Shown: in pieces, positions 18,596 to 27,461 of the stretch
Position numbering within the stretch: position 1 is the first letter of the stretch
Layout: every line of letters begins with the position of its first letter
Origin: a virus
Lineage: Duplodnaviria; Caudoviricetes
Virus record (IMG/VR): IMGVR_UViG_3300027863_000071
Coordinates: 1 to 41,254 of that record
Length of the DNA: 41,254 nucleotides
Reading direction: 5' to 3' (one strand)
Notes under the pieces: model-generated
The model's input: only the letters and a program-made list of their open reading frames with translations
Told to the model about the DNA's origin: nothing
Databases searched by the model: none
Position numbers and translations under genes: made by a program

Positions 18596-19111
18596 TTAAA
18601 TATCCTCATACCAAACTTCATCGTTCGCAACTACTACAAGCCGTTTAATAGCTACTTGCTGAATAACATTTGCGAACGCCGACCCAACTGCATCATATTC
18701 AATAGCAGCCGTACCTTTTGTCGTCAATAACGAACTATAGAGCAATCCAAAAGCGTCCAGAGTAACAGAGGCAGTACCTGAAACACTAAAACCATATGAG
18801 AGTTTGCCCCGAGATGAAAATGTTACATTACACGTACCGGAGGTACGTATAATATCTGTAAATAATTTTCCTTGTGCAGACAATAAGATATCAGAACTGC
18901 CTTTGATGTATAGATAATCTATAAGTAAGTAGCCATACGCAGATAAGACAACTGAAGAGCCGCCTTTGATATACAAATAATCTACTAATAAATATCCAGA
19001 GGCGGACAGAGTAACTCCGGCGCTACCGCTGGTTTCAAATACACCTCCGCTAATGCCCGCCGCACCTATTTCCCATCTATCGACTTGTGAAGCACCTATT
19101 GACCAAGCCAT
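18596..19111 (-). CDS. Repeat linker protein (six 20-21 aa beta repeats) with a C-terminal docking-like motif
   Basis: Repeats such as YLYIKGGSSVVLSAYGYLLID; N-terminal WxIGA x2; C-terminal KRLVVVANDEVWYEDI. Confidence 0.75.
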   Translation of the reverse strand: MAWSIGASQVDRWEIGAAGISGGVFETSGSAGVTLSASGYLLVDYLYIKGGSSVVLSAYGYLLIDYLYIKGSSDILLSAQGKLFTDIIRTSGTCNVTFSSRGKLSYGFSVSGTASVTLDAFGLLYSSLLTTKGTAAIEYDAVGSAFANVIQQVAIKRLVVVANDEVWYEDI

Positions 19112-19114
19112 AAT

Positions 19115-20584
19115 TTACACTTTCGCAGAGGTATATATAGAGGCATCAAGTCCTGCATTTGCAGCAGGACTACCAACCCCTATACTGAAATCACCATTAG
19201 CAGGGTCTGTTAATTGAGGATTACCTATAATTTCATTGCTACCTGCATCTAGTATCTTTGTAGAATTGGTGGTATTATTCCAAACATTATAGTCAGTAAC
19301 TGCATAATAATTGCCAGCAGGCGCTATCCCTGTCGTACAATTTGTAATTATATTATTATAAAGCATAACTGGAGGGGCGGATGAAGTTAAGTTGATACCA
19401 GTAGTGCAATTATAAATAGTATTATTAAAAAGAAAAAGATTATAGTTATTCTGATATATTCCAGTAGTGCAAGTATCTATAATACATCCAGCTACTATTA
19501 TATTAAACTGGTCGCTATAAATACCATATATAGAGTCGTGTATATAACAGTGAAGGAAAATTACTGATGTAGAGCCACTTGCGATATATGCGCCCTGGCC
19601 ACTTACTCCCGTAGCAACCATTTCACAACCTATGCAGTGAGTAGGCCCTTTTGTTATGCTAAGAGCATCTGCAGTGCCAGAAGCCTTAGTATTCTGAAAA
19701 AAGCAATTTATTATACCTATATAAGCGCCGTATATTCCTAGCGCAAAGCTTTGTGAGGTAGTGGTAAATCGAAGATTTTTTATTCTATAACTATTTCCTG
19801 TTATCATAAAACTGGCAGTATTTGTATTTATAGTCGGTCTATCATTGCCGATAGGATTATCACCTCTTGTAGTTTTATATCCCGCTATAGTAATAGGTAC
19901 GCCTGTCCCCCCTGATTTAGCTATACTAACAGCCGTTGCAATAGCGTGCGTACCGGAGGCAATCCACCACGTATTGCCTGCGACGGCGGCCTCCATCATT
20001 ATATCATCAGTAACACCATTTAAAGTTGCTCCAAAAGCGAGGGCGCCTCCGACATAACCTTTGCGGCCAGAACCTGATGCTACTGTAGTATCCACAATAA
20101 CAGTCTGATAATTAGTTGCATCTACTATTTGATACCAGCCCAAATGTGTATTATCAGACGCAAACAAATGTATAAGGTTGCCAATTATTGCGGTATGATT
20201 GCCTTCAGTAGTAAATCCAGAAGAAGATGTAAGCGTGGTCGTATCATTAGTTACTATATCAGTCTGTGTAGAATGCGGCGAATCTTGCTGAGAATAATCT
20301 GTACCTGAAGTCCAAGCTGTAAAAGTTATAGTACTATCACCTGTTCCTGAAACCTTAGTAAGTGTTCCGCTCGACAAAGGGTTGCCCGTACCAGTAGCGG
20401 CAAGCCCTCTCGTAGTCCCTAATGGCAACACCACAGTATAAGTTTGTGAGTTATGGCTATAAACTGCCCCTGCCGACAGTGTTGTATAAGTAGCAGTAAA
20501 AGTATAAAGCTTGCCATAACCACCGCCATTATTTTTGCTGCCTCCAGTTCGTATCTCCCACTGGACATTTGAAGTAAGTGCCAT
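19115..20584 (-). CDS. Right-handed beta-helix (pectate-lyase-like) tailspike / depolymerase candidate
   Basis: IIDTCTTGIY, NNTIYNCTTGI and NNIITNCTTGI coils; DPANGDFSIGVGSPAANAG. Confidence 0.8.
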   Translation of the reverse strand: MALTSNVQWEIRTGGSKNNGGGYGKLYTFTATYTTLSAGAVYSHNSQTYTVVLPLGTTRGLAATGTGNPLSSGTLTKVSGTGDSTITFTAWTSGTDYSQQDSPHSTQTDIVTNDTTTLTSSSGFTTEGNHTAIIGNLIHLFASDNTHLGWYQIVDATNYQTVIVDTTVASGSGRKGYVGGALAFGATLNGVTDDIMMEAAVAGNTWWIASGTHAIATAVSIAKSGGTGVPITIAGYKTTRGDNPIGNDRPTINTNTASFMITGNSYRIKNLRFTTTSQSFALGIYGAYIGIINCFFQNTKASGTADALSITKGPTHCIGCEMVATGVSGQGAYIASGSTSVIFLHCYIHDSIYGIYSDQFNIIVAGCIIDTCTTGIYQNNYNLFLFNNTIYNCTTGINLTSSAPPVMLYNNIITNCTTGIAPAGNYYAVTDYNVWNNTTNSTKILDAGSNEIIGNPQLTDPANGDFSIGVGSPAANAGLDASIYTSAKV

Positions 20585-20605
20585 AAATCACTTCCTTTAT
20601 TAAAT

Positions 20606-21013
20606 TTATGTAGCGGTTAACGTTAAATCGCCAGCCAAGAATTTTACTGTCTGGCCGCTGGCACTGACCGTTACGGGAACGTCTAATGGTATAACGCATA
20701 GCAAATTGCCCTCGCCTGGTGTGCCGCTATCATATAAGGCGGCATATTCTATTGCTTCACCACCATTCCACGCACCAGTTGAAACATCAAATGCCAAATC
20801 AACCTTGTTTGTTATTGAAGCGGGATTAGAACCTGTTGCCGTATTCCACGTATCACTATCGCAAGGGACTTCTGCTCTGGTATAACCATTTTCGGCATCT
20901 ATCTCCGTTCCATTAGAATCTGAACAAAGCGCTAAATACATAGACGCCAACGGAGAAGCTGCCCCTGTAAAACTATTTAAAGCTACTTGTTCACCTTTCG
21001 CTGCGAAAGCCAT
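20606..21013 (-). CDS. Small beta-sandwich tail appendage subunit
   Basis: MYLALC, E...NGYTRAEV, ITNKVDLAF...GAW, ALYDS...GNLL, FLAGDLTLT; AGGAGG RBS. Confidence 0.75.
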   Translation of the reverse strand: MAFAAKGEQVALNSFTGAASPLASMYLALCSDSNGTEIDAENGYTRAEVPCDSDTWNTATGSNPASITNKVDLAFDVSTGAWNGGEAIEYAALYDSGTPGEGNLLCVIPLDVPVTVSASGQTVKFLAGDLTLTAT

Positions 21014-21030
21014 AACGCCTCCTTTTTAAT

Positions 21031-22440
21031 TTAAATACTTTCTATCCATAACTTATTGGCTGCTGCGGCAACCAATCTTCTTACTGTTAGCATATTATTT
21101 ACGCCCGTCCACTCCCAGTCAACTCCTCTGACGCCACCATCAAAGGGGCCAAGACCACTGCCACCTTCCAAAAGAATATAATTAGGGTGAGGCTGTTTAA
21201 GCGACAAAGTAGTAAAGTACCATACATCGCCCTGCGTAGTACCAACATCATTAACGGCATCTACACGCCAGTAATAAGTGCGTGAATATCGTAAAGGGAA
21301 AATATTGTGGAATGGTTTAATACTAACCGTTACATTCGTTAGTTTAGTAGTTATCAATGTTAAGTTACCCTCAGAATCGCCAAAATAAACATTATAATAA
21401 TCAGTATTTCCGCCACTTACCCACGAAAGATTTGTCAAGCCAATCGAAACATTTTCACTACTATATGCGGGCGTAGGCTGCGTCGGCTTACCAGGTAATG
21501 ACGGCGCTTTATATAACTTATATGTAAGCGCAGGATGGTAAAGAACTGGATTAGATAATACTGTGTGGTCGCCATATCTTTCCTGATAAGGCTCACCGCC
21601 AAAAGTTTCAGTAATTTCCTCCAAAGGCAACCACTCACTAGGCGCCCAATAACCGATATAAGTTCGCCCACCTGGTCTTATTAGCATATTTAAATCTAAT
21701 GTAGCAGAATCGCTGACACTAGGATTAACTAAGCTAACTACAATAGCATACGAAGTGTTATTCGCATACAATCGCACTTCAGGGATAGGTATATGTATTT
21801 TCTTGCTTGTAGAAGGTAACAATTCCGCTGATAAAGTTACAGTAGAAAGAGGTGAGCCAACAGGCTCTGAATTTTGGGCTTCATAAACATCAAATCTACA
21901 ATCGCACGTAGCTGAATATGAAATAGTAAGCTCTATAAGTTTTGCTGGCGATTCATAACCTCCTTCTTCAGCTGTTAAAATGTCACACCAAATGGGTCTA
22001 TTAGAATTCATCACAGATGGCGATGTATTAGATAATATCCAATTATTACCATCTTTATAATACCGCGATGATATTAGCAAATTATTATTTGTTGTGTATA
22101 AGTGCTTACAATATCTTACACCCCCCACACCCATATCCACATAAGACGTAATATAATATTTTCGGTGCTGCAATAGTGATATTGGAGGATTAAAAGGAAC
22201 GTTAATCCACGTCCATTGCAAATAGGGTAATGCTGAAGCATCATAATCTGTATAACCTAAATAATCGCCCGAATCATTGATAATACCCACTCGCAATGTT
22301 GTAGATAGATTTTGGGGATAATTTAGATAATCTTCGTCTCTCATACAACAGAGCAGAGAAACAGATTGTATATCAACATTTTCTAGTGGTATGAATTCAC
22401 TAGCTATATCTACCCAAAAATTGTCTTGTCTATAAGCCAT
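21031..22440 (-). CDS. Multi-domain beta protein with a fibronectin-III-like domain and a C-terminal docking-like motif
   Basis: PGKPTQPTP...LSWVSGG...YNVYFG...YYWRVDAVNDVGTTQGDVWYFTT; ends RRLVAAAANKLWIESI. Confidence 0.75.
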   Translation of the reverse strand: MAYRQDNFWVDIASEFIPLENVDIQSVSLLCCMRDEDYLNYPQNLSTTLRVGIINDSGDYLGYTDYDASALPYLQWTWINVPFNPPISLLQHRKYYITSYVDMGVGGVRYCKHLYTTNNNLLISSRYYKDGNNWILSNTSPSVMNSNRPIWCDILTAEEGGYESPAKLIELTISYSATCDCRFDVYEAQNSEPVGSPLSTVTLSAELLPSTSKKIHIPIPEVRLYANNTSYAIVVSLVNPSVSDSATLDLNMLIRPGGRTYIGYWAPSEWLPLEEITETFGGEPYQERYGDHTVLSNPVLYHPALTYKLYKAPSLPGKPTQPTPAYSSENVSIGLTNLSWVSGGNTDYYNVYFGDSEGNLTLITTKLTNVTVSIKPFHNIFPLRYSRTYYWRVDAVNDVGTTQGDVWYFTTLSLKQPHPNYILLEGGSGLGPFDGGVRGVDWEWTGVNNMLTVRRLVAAAANKLWIESI

Positions 22441-22467
22441 AACTACTTACCAAAGATGCAGTTATCA

Positions 22468-23487
22468 CTACGCTTCATAAGGCAACGTATAAAAGTCTCC
22501 ACCATATAATGTACCATCTATTTCCGCACCAGAAGAAAAGAATAATTCCCCGACGGGATTATGCTCTGGTGTAGGAAGCAGATTGATGTGAACGGTTGTG
22601 CCTGGCGTAAGGTAGTGGCCATCATCAGTACTAACAGCATCTACTCGCCAAGACAAAGAAGAGTTTCCCGCAAAACTCATAGGAACAATTATTTGATATT
22701 CTAAGTCCCAGTCATAATTAGGATATTCAATAGCTTCAGTAAATACGAAGTTGTTATTTACATACAATTTCATTTGCGCGTGTCCCCTTTCGGGATTTCC
22801 AAAAGCAAAAACCTTTACTGAATCATAAATAGGTGTATGAAGAGGACAAAATAGAGAGGCTTCTTGAGGATATGCAAATCCCTGTATCTGCGTCAAACCA
22901 GTTGGAACCATATCCTGCAAGTGCCAAGCAGTCCCACCCCAATAATACCATTTACAGTATGAAACTGGATTTAACATTCCTCTAAATACAATAGCAGAGT
23001 AATGATAACGATATGTCGGTGGGTTCGGTGGGTTTTCTATAACTTCCGTAAATCCTAACGCATTCGTGTCAAACTCAACTGCATAAAGTTTATTGCTGCT
23101 ACTCCAACCAGGAGGTTCTGATGTAAATTCGCCATCTGTAAGAGGTATGATAAAATTTGTGTTTATACCTTCATATACAGGGATATTGGCATACACTATA
23201 GACCCTGTCGCTATATCGTCACTTAATCTATTGCCGCTAATATCTGACTCATAAACTTTAACTGATAAAGTCGAATCTGCAAATATTTCATTATCTCCTG
23301 GATATGCTTCTTGTCTGCCTGCGAAAACTTTTATTTGCTTAGTTGTTCCTTTTCTGCCCCTCGATATTGCCTTTTGCGGAGTATAATAATGTATTACTTC
23401 CATCTGGTCTTTATACTTATATAAAGGCACTCCTGTGCTTTCCGAGCCCCAAGCGTCTGCCTTCCATATAGCCCAATAGTTAGCCAT
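22468..23487 (-). CDS. Putative virion adhesin, aromatic-rich beta protein
   Basis: 339 aa; SWRVDAVS resembles the neighbour's Fn3-like motif; lies in the tail cassette. Confidence 0.6.
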   Translation of the reverse strand: MANYWAIWKADAWGSESTGVPLYKYKDQMEVIHYYTPQKAISRGRKGTTKQIKVFAGRQEAYPGDNEIFADSTLSVKVYESDISGNRLSDDIATGSIVYANIPVYEGINTNFIIPLTDGEFTSEPPGWSSSNKLYAVEFDTNALGFTEVIENPPNPPTYRYHYSAIVFRGMLNPVSYCKWYYWGGTAWHLQDMVPTGLTQIQGFAYPQEASLFCPLHTPIYDSVKVFAFGNPERGHAQMKLYVNNNFVFTEAIEYPNYDWDLEYQIIVPMSFAGNSSLSWRVDAVSTDDGHYLTPGTTVHINLLPTPEHNPVGELFFSSGAEIDGTLYGGDFYTLPYEA

Positions 23488-23497
23488 ATTATAGACC

Positions 23498-23722
23498 TCA
23501 GATAATACTACTTACAGAACACATAGCCACTACAGGCTGTTCAATTCCGCCGATTTGCGTTCCCGCACCCCATTTATCAAGGCCAGGGCGCTGGCCAATA
23601 CGAACTCTATTCTCAAGAACATCTCGTGGCCGAACATTATTGATATAAGCAGTAGTAGCGGCCAGTTGTTTATCCATAGGAACGCCTAAAGATTTACCTT
23701 TTACAGGCAATATAATCTCCAT
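23498..23722 (-). CDS. Detached N-terminal segment of the nozzle protein
   Basis: LPVKG...NNVRPRD...RVRIGQRPGLDKW resembles the 'xRPGL' N-terminus of gp10/tubular-B proteins; AGGAGG RBS. Confidence 0.7.
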   Translation of the reverse strand: MEIILPVKGKSLGVPMDKQLAATTAYINNVRPRDVLENRVRIGQRPGLDKWGAGTQIGGIEQPVVAMCSVSSII

Positions 23723-23788
23723 CGTACGTCCTCCTAATGCGTGAACTATTTTTGAACGGTGCTATTATCATAAAGCACCGCCTTTCTG

Positions 23789-24253
23789 CTATTCGGGGTT
23801 GGTGCTTAAATAATATACATCCACAATTAGTTGGCCAGCAGAAATAGTATCATAACTACTATTGACAGTAATCTTTAGCTGAACAGTAGTAGCGGAAGAT
23901 ATGGGAACTAACCCTGTGCCTGTTGTGCCACCGGCGGATGAATCTGCACCCTCTACCAAATTGCTTGCAACGCTTGAAATATCGTGCGTTGTATATGAGA
24001 ATAAATCATCATCCGCGCTAGTACCTACATCCATTACCATTGTAGTATTGTCGCCACCACTGAACGCCTCAAGAACAGTAACTTTGCTGCCGACCACAAA
24101 AGAGCCTGCCGGAATAGTTTGAGACATATTAGCTATTCCATAAACAGTTGAAGATGTAGTAAAATCACTATAGCTAAGCTCTTCAGAAATTTTCCGCAAG
24201 CCAATTCCTTCTGCTGTTTCCATTCCCCATACCAGTGATTGTCTGTTAGGCAT
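23789..24253 (-). CDS. Jelly-roll decoration / spike-base-like virion protein
   Basis: TIPAGSFVVGSKVTVLEAF...MDVGT...GQLIVDVYY; AAGGAG RBS before ATG 24253. Confidence 0.6.
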   Translation of the reverse strand: MPNRQSLVWGMETAEGIGLRKISEELSYSDFTTSSTVYGIANMSQTIPAGSFVVGSKVTVLEAFSGGDNTTMVMDVGTSADDDLFSYTTHDISSVASNLVEGADSSAGGTTGTGLVPISSATTVQLKITVNSSYDTISAGQLIVDVYYLSTNPE

Positions 24254-24270
24254 AAAAACTCCTTTCGTTT

Positions 24271-25044
24271 TCAAGGTTCCGGTATAATCTGAACATAATT
24301 TTTGTCATAAATTGTTGCGCTTCTAATATAGCCCTCGCCCTTACGAAGGTTCATAGTGCCTAAATTGCCCACCATACCTTGCTTCTTATCCTCTCCAATG
24401 CACTGCTGCAATAGCACTTCAGCTGCCCTGTGATGTATCCCAATAGTTTCATCTTCTTGCAATTCTGCAACGGCCAAAGCGCACTCTAAAATACATTCAG
24501 AAGCCAAGCCATCGCCCACAAAGACATCGTCATCATTTACTGGTGCTGGAGGAATAGAATTGTAAGTATAGTAATAATCAAAATTATTAGAAGGCGTTGG
24601 AAAGAAAATTACTTCATTGTCTGCTTGGCCGGTGATAGGGTCATATTCAGATGTCTTTAACGCAAAATATCTTGGATAACCTGTGCCGGTTGTTTGAGAT
24701 TTTTGAAGATAAATAAACGCCAGCGGTCTCTGAATGGGATTGTATGAAAGAGGTGTTATGTGGGTAAAAGGACAAACTAAAGATGAAAAACCTATTGGTA
24801 ATTTATACACTTCTTGACCAGCAACTATCGAAAGTGTTGTAGTCTTTTGCAAGAAAAACCACCTATATGTTTCTGCGGGATTTTTGCTTAAATCTAACGG
24901 CATTAAAAATTTTCGATAACCCCGTAGCGTTATATCTTTAACCTTTTTTAAGTCGTCGCCTGTAGGTTGACTGCCTAATCCCAAAAACTCAGAAACCTTA
25001 GTCCAGACATCTTTATATGTTAGTTTGAGAGGGCTACTACTCAT
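24271..25044 (-). CDS. Head-tail adaptor (tubular protein A-like)
   Basis: YRWFFLQKTTTL, GQEVYKLPIGF, GYPRYFA, IFFPTP; likely start MSSSPL. Confidence 0.8.
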   Translation of the reverse strand: MSSSPLKLTYKDVWTKVSEFLGLGSQPTGDDLKKVKDITLRGYRKFLMPLDLSKNPAETYRWFFLQKTTTLSIVAGQEVYKLPIGFSSLVCPFTHITPLSYNPIQRPLAFIYLQKSQTTGTGYPRYFALKTSEYDPITGQADNEVIFFPTPSNNFDYYYTYNSIPPAPVNDDDVFVGDGLASECILECALAVAELQEDETIGIHHRAAEVLLQQCIGEDKKQGMVGNLGTMNLRKGEGYIRSATIYDKNYVQIIPEP

Positions 25045-25048
25045 AGCG

Positions 25049-25228
25049 CTAATTTCCTTTACCATCGCCACTTAGCTGTGTCTTTTCAGCATTTTCATAT
25101 GCCTCCAACACCTGGCGAATAAGGGCTATATTGTCTGCTAATACCAAATGCTCCTGCCTCGTCAATCTAACAGAAGCACAAACAGTATTGATATTGCGTA
25201 ATGCTTCTTCTATTTTACTATCCATCAT
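25049..25228 (-). CDS. Hypothetical protein (59 aa; not in ORF track)
   Basis: MMDSKIEEALRNINTVCASVRLTRQEHLVLADNIALIRQVL...; AAGGA RBS. Confidence 0.7.
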   Translation of the reverse strand: MMDSKIEEALRNINTVCASVRLTRQEHLVLADNIALIRQVLEAYENAEKTQLSGDGKGN

Positions 25229-25240
25229 AAAATCCTTATC

Positions 25241-25272
25241 AACAAAGGTAGCTGTTCTCCGGCACAGCTACC
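25241..25272 (-). terminator. Intrinsic terminator after the capsid genes
   Basis: GGTAGCTGT/ACAGCTACC 9-bp stem followed by TTTGTT on the minus strand. Confidence 0.65.
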
Positions 25273-25292
25273 GAAGCCGTTAGGCCAACAAC

Positions 25293-25418
25293 CTATTTTT
25301 TTGCTTTCTTTTTCTTCATTTCGTAAAACTTCTTGACATCTTCAGGATTATTAAAATTCAAGCTGTTATCCACCTTAGTAGGAGCAACAACCTTTTTATC
25401 TTTTTCTTCTTTTGCCAT
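25293..25418 (-). CDS. Small basic hypothetical protein (41 aa; not in ORF track)
   Basis: MAKEEKDKKVVAPTKVDNSLNFNNPEDVKKFYEMKKKKAKK; AAGGAG RBS. Confidence 0.65.
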   Translation of the reverse strand: MAKEEKDKKVVAPTKVDNSLNFNNPEDVKKFYEMKKKKAKK

Positions 25419-25439
25419 AACAATCTCCTTTCCACAGCG

Positions 25440-26231
25440 CTAAGCTAACTGGAACAGAGGGCCAATGCCTTCATAGTTACCAGCTATAGTGTGGCCTGCA
25501 TATTGAGTGCTAACATAGTCATTCTCTCCATCAACACCATTACCCACGGTATCAAGGGTACCATCGTGTCTCCAGCAAGCACCAATTTGCTTATCTATTA
25601 TTGTATATTGAGGAGCAAGCCAAGCATAACTCGGCAATCGGCCTACTTGGCACCAGAAATAAACATTCGCCGCCGTAACTTTAACAGTAGGCACACCAGC
25701 TTTAGGTAAAGAAGCACTTGTTCCTGTTCGCAATGCCGCATACGGATTTTGACAAACTTCACAAGCACTTGATGTTGTAACGGCTTCAGTTAGAGGGCCG
25801 TCAAGATACACTACAAAAGCAGCGTTCGCAGCGGCGCTATCATTGCCCAGTATTTGCCTGAATTGAACATTGTTTGTTGAGCCATCGTAAATCCAGATAA
25901 ATCCGTTGCGAAGTTCATCAGTAGCCAAGGCAGCGTGCGTTGCCGCAGGGACAGTAACGCTCCTATCGCCCACATCAGCCGTAACCGTAAATTCAGTATA
26001 AGGAATATATCCTGTGTACGTAAATTCAGCGCCCTGTCCTGATATACAAGCGTCCGCCGATTTAGAATACACAAAAATACCCCTACTAGGTATAACCACA
26101 ACATCACCTATATTGTAGAGAGGGTCTTTTGTAGTAGAAGTTGTGTAAATAAAGTCCCATAGGCCGTGTTTCTGCCCGCCAACATAGCCAGCACTTTGAA
26201 GGATTGATATTCTATTCGCACCACGCGCCAT
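25440..26231 (-). CDS. Capsid cement / decoration protein
   Basis: Follows the capsid gene; FVYSKS...GVPTVKVTAANVYFWCQ pattern. Confidence 0.65.
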   Translation of the reverse strand: MARGANRISILQSAGYVGGQKHGLWDFIYTTSTTKDPLYNIGDVVVIPSRGIFVYSKSADACISGQGAEFTYTGYIPYTEFTVTADVGDRSVTVPAATHAALATDELRNGFIWIYDGSTNNVQFRQILGNDSAAANAAFVVYLDGPLTEAVTTSSACEVCQNPYAALRTGTSASLPKAGVPTVKVTAANVYFWCQVGRLPSYAWLAPQYTIIDKQIGACWRHDGTLDTVGNGVDGENDYVSTQYAGHTIAGNYEGIGPLFQLA

Positions 26232-26325
26232 AAACCACTTCCTTTCTCTTCGTGTATTATATCCCCACGAATAGGGTGTCGATTACCAGCACCTACGTCT
26301 GGCTTATCTAAAATTGTTAATAATA

Positions 26326-27438
26326 CTATTGCCCACTTACCAAATACCCTGCCGTCTGGCGGTTTTCACAGTGTACGCACCAATACAAATCCACGTATTC
26401 GGTAACAACATTGTGAGCAAACGCATTCTTGCCTTCATCAGTTCTGAAATACCAATTTTGCAAGACTACCGGATACAAAACATCAAAGTTAATAGCAAAA
26501 ATCGGGTCTTTGCCATAATATGCCCTTGTCCCACCACTGCCTTCTGTATCAAGATATTTAACGTAGCGGAACGGGATATTCTTATACAGTGTTTCGCCCG
26601 CATACTTGCCCAAATCATAGCCAATGCGGTCGTCCGAATTTCTTGCTATCTTTTCGATATTCCTAATAACATTGTTAGTAGTGTAATACACCACTTTTCT
26701 CGGAACATTTGTTTCGACGCCTTCAACTTTGCCAGCATCAACAAGCGGCGCTTCAAAGTCAGTAGCTCTGTTAGCGTCACCAAGTAAATCAAGCAATGTA
26801 TCATTCAAATTGTTGTTATGGTCAAGATATAAACTTGCCCATTTGGGATAAGTTACAGCGGATATTCCACCAGGATTAAACGTAGTTCCATCTAGATATC
26901 TACCTGTCGTACCAGTAAAACCACTGGTTATTGTGGCGTTATCCGTTCCCATTGTAAGCCATCCTGGGGGGCCATAAACTCTATTGCCGTCGCTGGCGGA
27001 TGTGGGGACAGACCAGAACTGCTCTTGCAAGTCATCGCCAATCTTGCGATACATCGCCATCTTTTGGCTTTTGATATAATCATATTCTCTAACCTTGTCG
27101 CCTTTGTTAATATCAACTTGAGCAAGGTCATAAGAAACGTTATTTGTGTAATGTTTCCATTCGGAAATAACCTTGTGGTCAGTATCATAAATATTGGAAA
27201 CATCTTGAACAAAGAACATTCCTACTGCCCCGCCATTTGTTGCATCTTCAAGTTGAATGTTAGTAGTGTATCTTTCGCCTGTAGCTGTTTTTTTACGACG
27301 ACGCAATATGTCATTAAGGACTTCATATCGCGGATAATTTAATGTCATTGTCAATTTATCTGGTGTAAAGTAATCCCTCGTTGCATTAAGCAATGTTAAA
27401 AACTGCGACAATGACATTCCAGATTGTGATATAGCCAT
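26326..27438 (-). CDS. Major capsid protein
   Basis: 370 aa after the scaffold; GERYTTNI, WKHYTNNVSYD, CENRQTAG; AAGGAG RBS. Confidence 0.85.
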   Translation of the reverse strand: MAISQSGMSLSQFLTLLNATRDYFTPDKLTMTLNYPRYEVLNDILRRRKKTATGERYTTNIQLEDATNGGAVGMFFVQDVSNIYDTDHKVISEWKHYTNNVSYDLAQVDINKGDKVREYDYIKSQKMAMYRKIGDDLQEQFWSVPTSASDGNRVYGPPGWLTMGTDNATITSGFTGTTGRYLDGTTFNPGGISAVTYPKWASLYLDHNNNLNDTLLDLLGDANRATDFEAPLVDAGKVEGVETNVPRKVVYYTTNNVIRNIEKIARNSDDRIGYDLGKYAGETLYKNIPFRYVKYLDTEGSGGTRAYYGKDPIFAINFDVLYPVVLQNWYFRTDEGKNAFAHNVVTEYVDLYWCVHCENRQTAGYLVSGQ

Positions 27439-27461
27439 TATGTTCTCCTTTCTAAGAACGG

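Noticed and set aside
18594-18610. -1 frameshift fusing the linker to the nozzle body
   Set aside because: No canonical slippery heptamer, a TGA closes the -1 frame five codons upstream of the ATG, and a GAGGA SD 9 nt before the ATG explains independent initiation.
14307-23487. Diversity-generating retroelement or invertase shufflon acting on tail genes
   Set aside because: No reverse transcriptase or recombinase recognised; the duplicated ADTDYLTPST segments and docking motifs differ at many non-adenine positions.
23757-23780. Terminator at the CGGTGCT/AGCACCG hairpin
   Set aside because: The stem is real but has no U tract on the transcribed minus strand; at most a stabilising hairpin.
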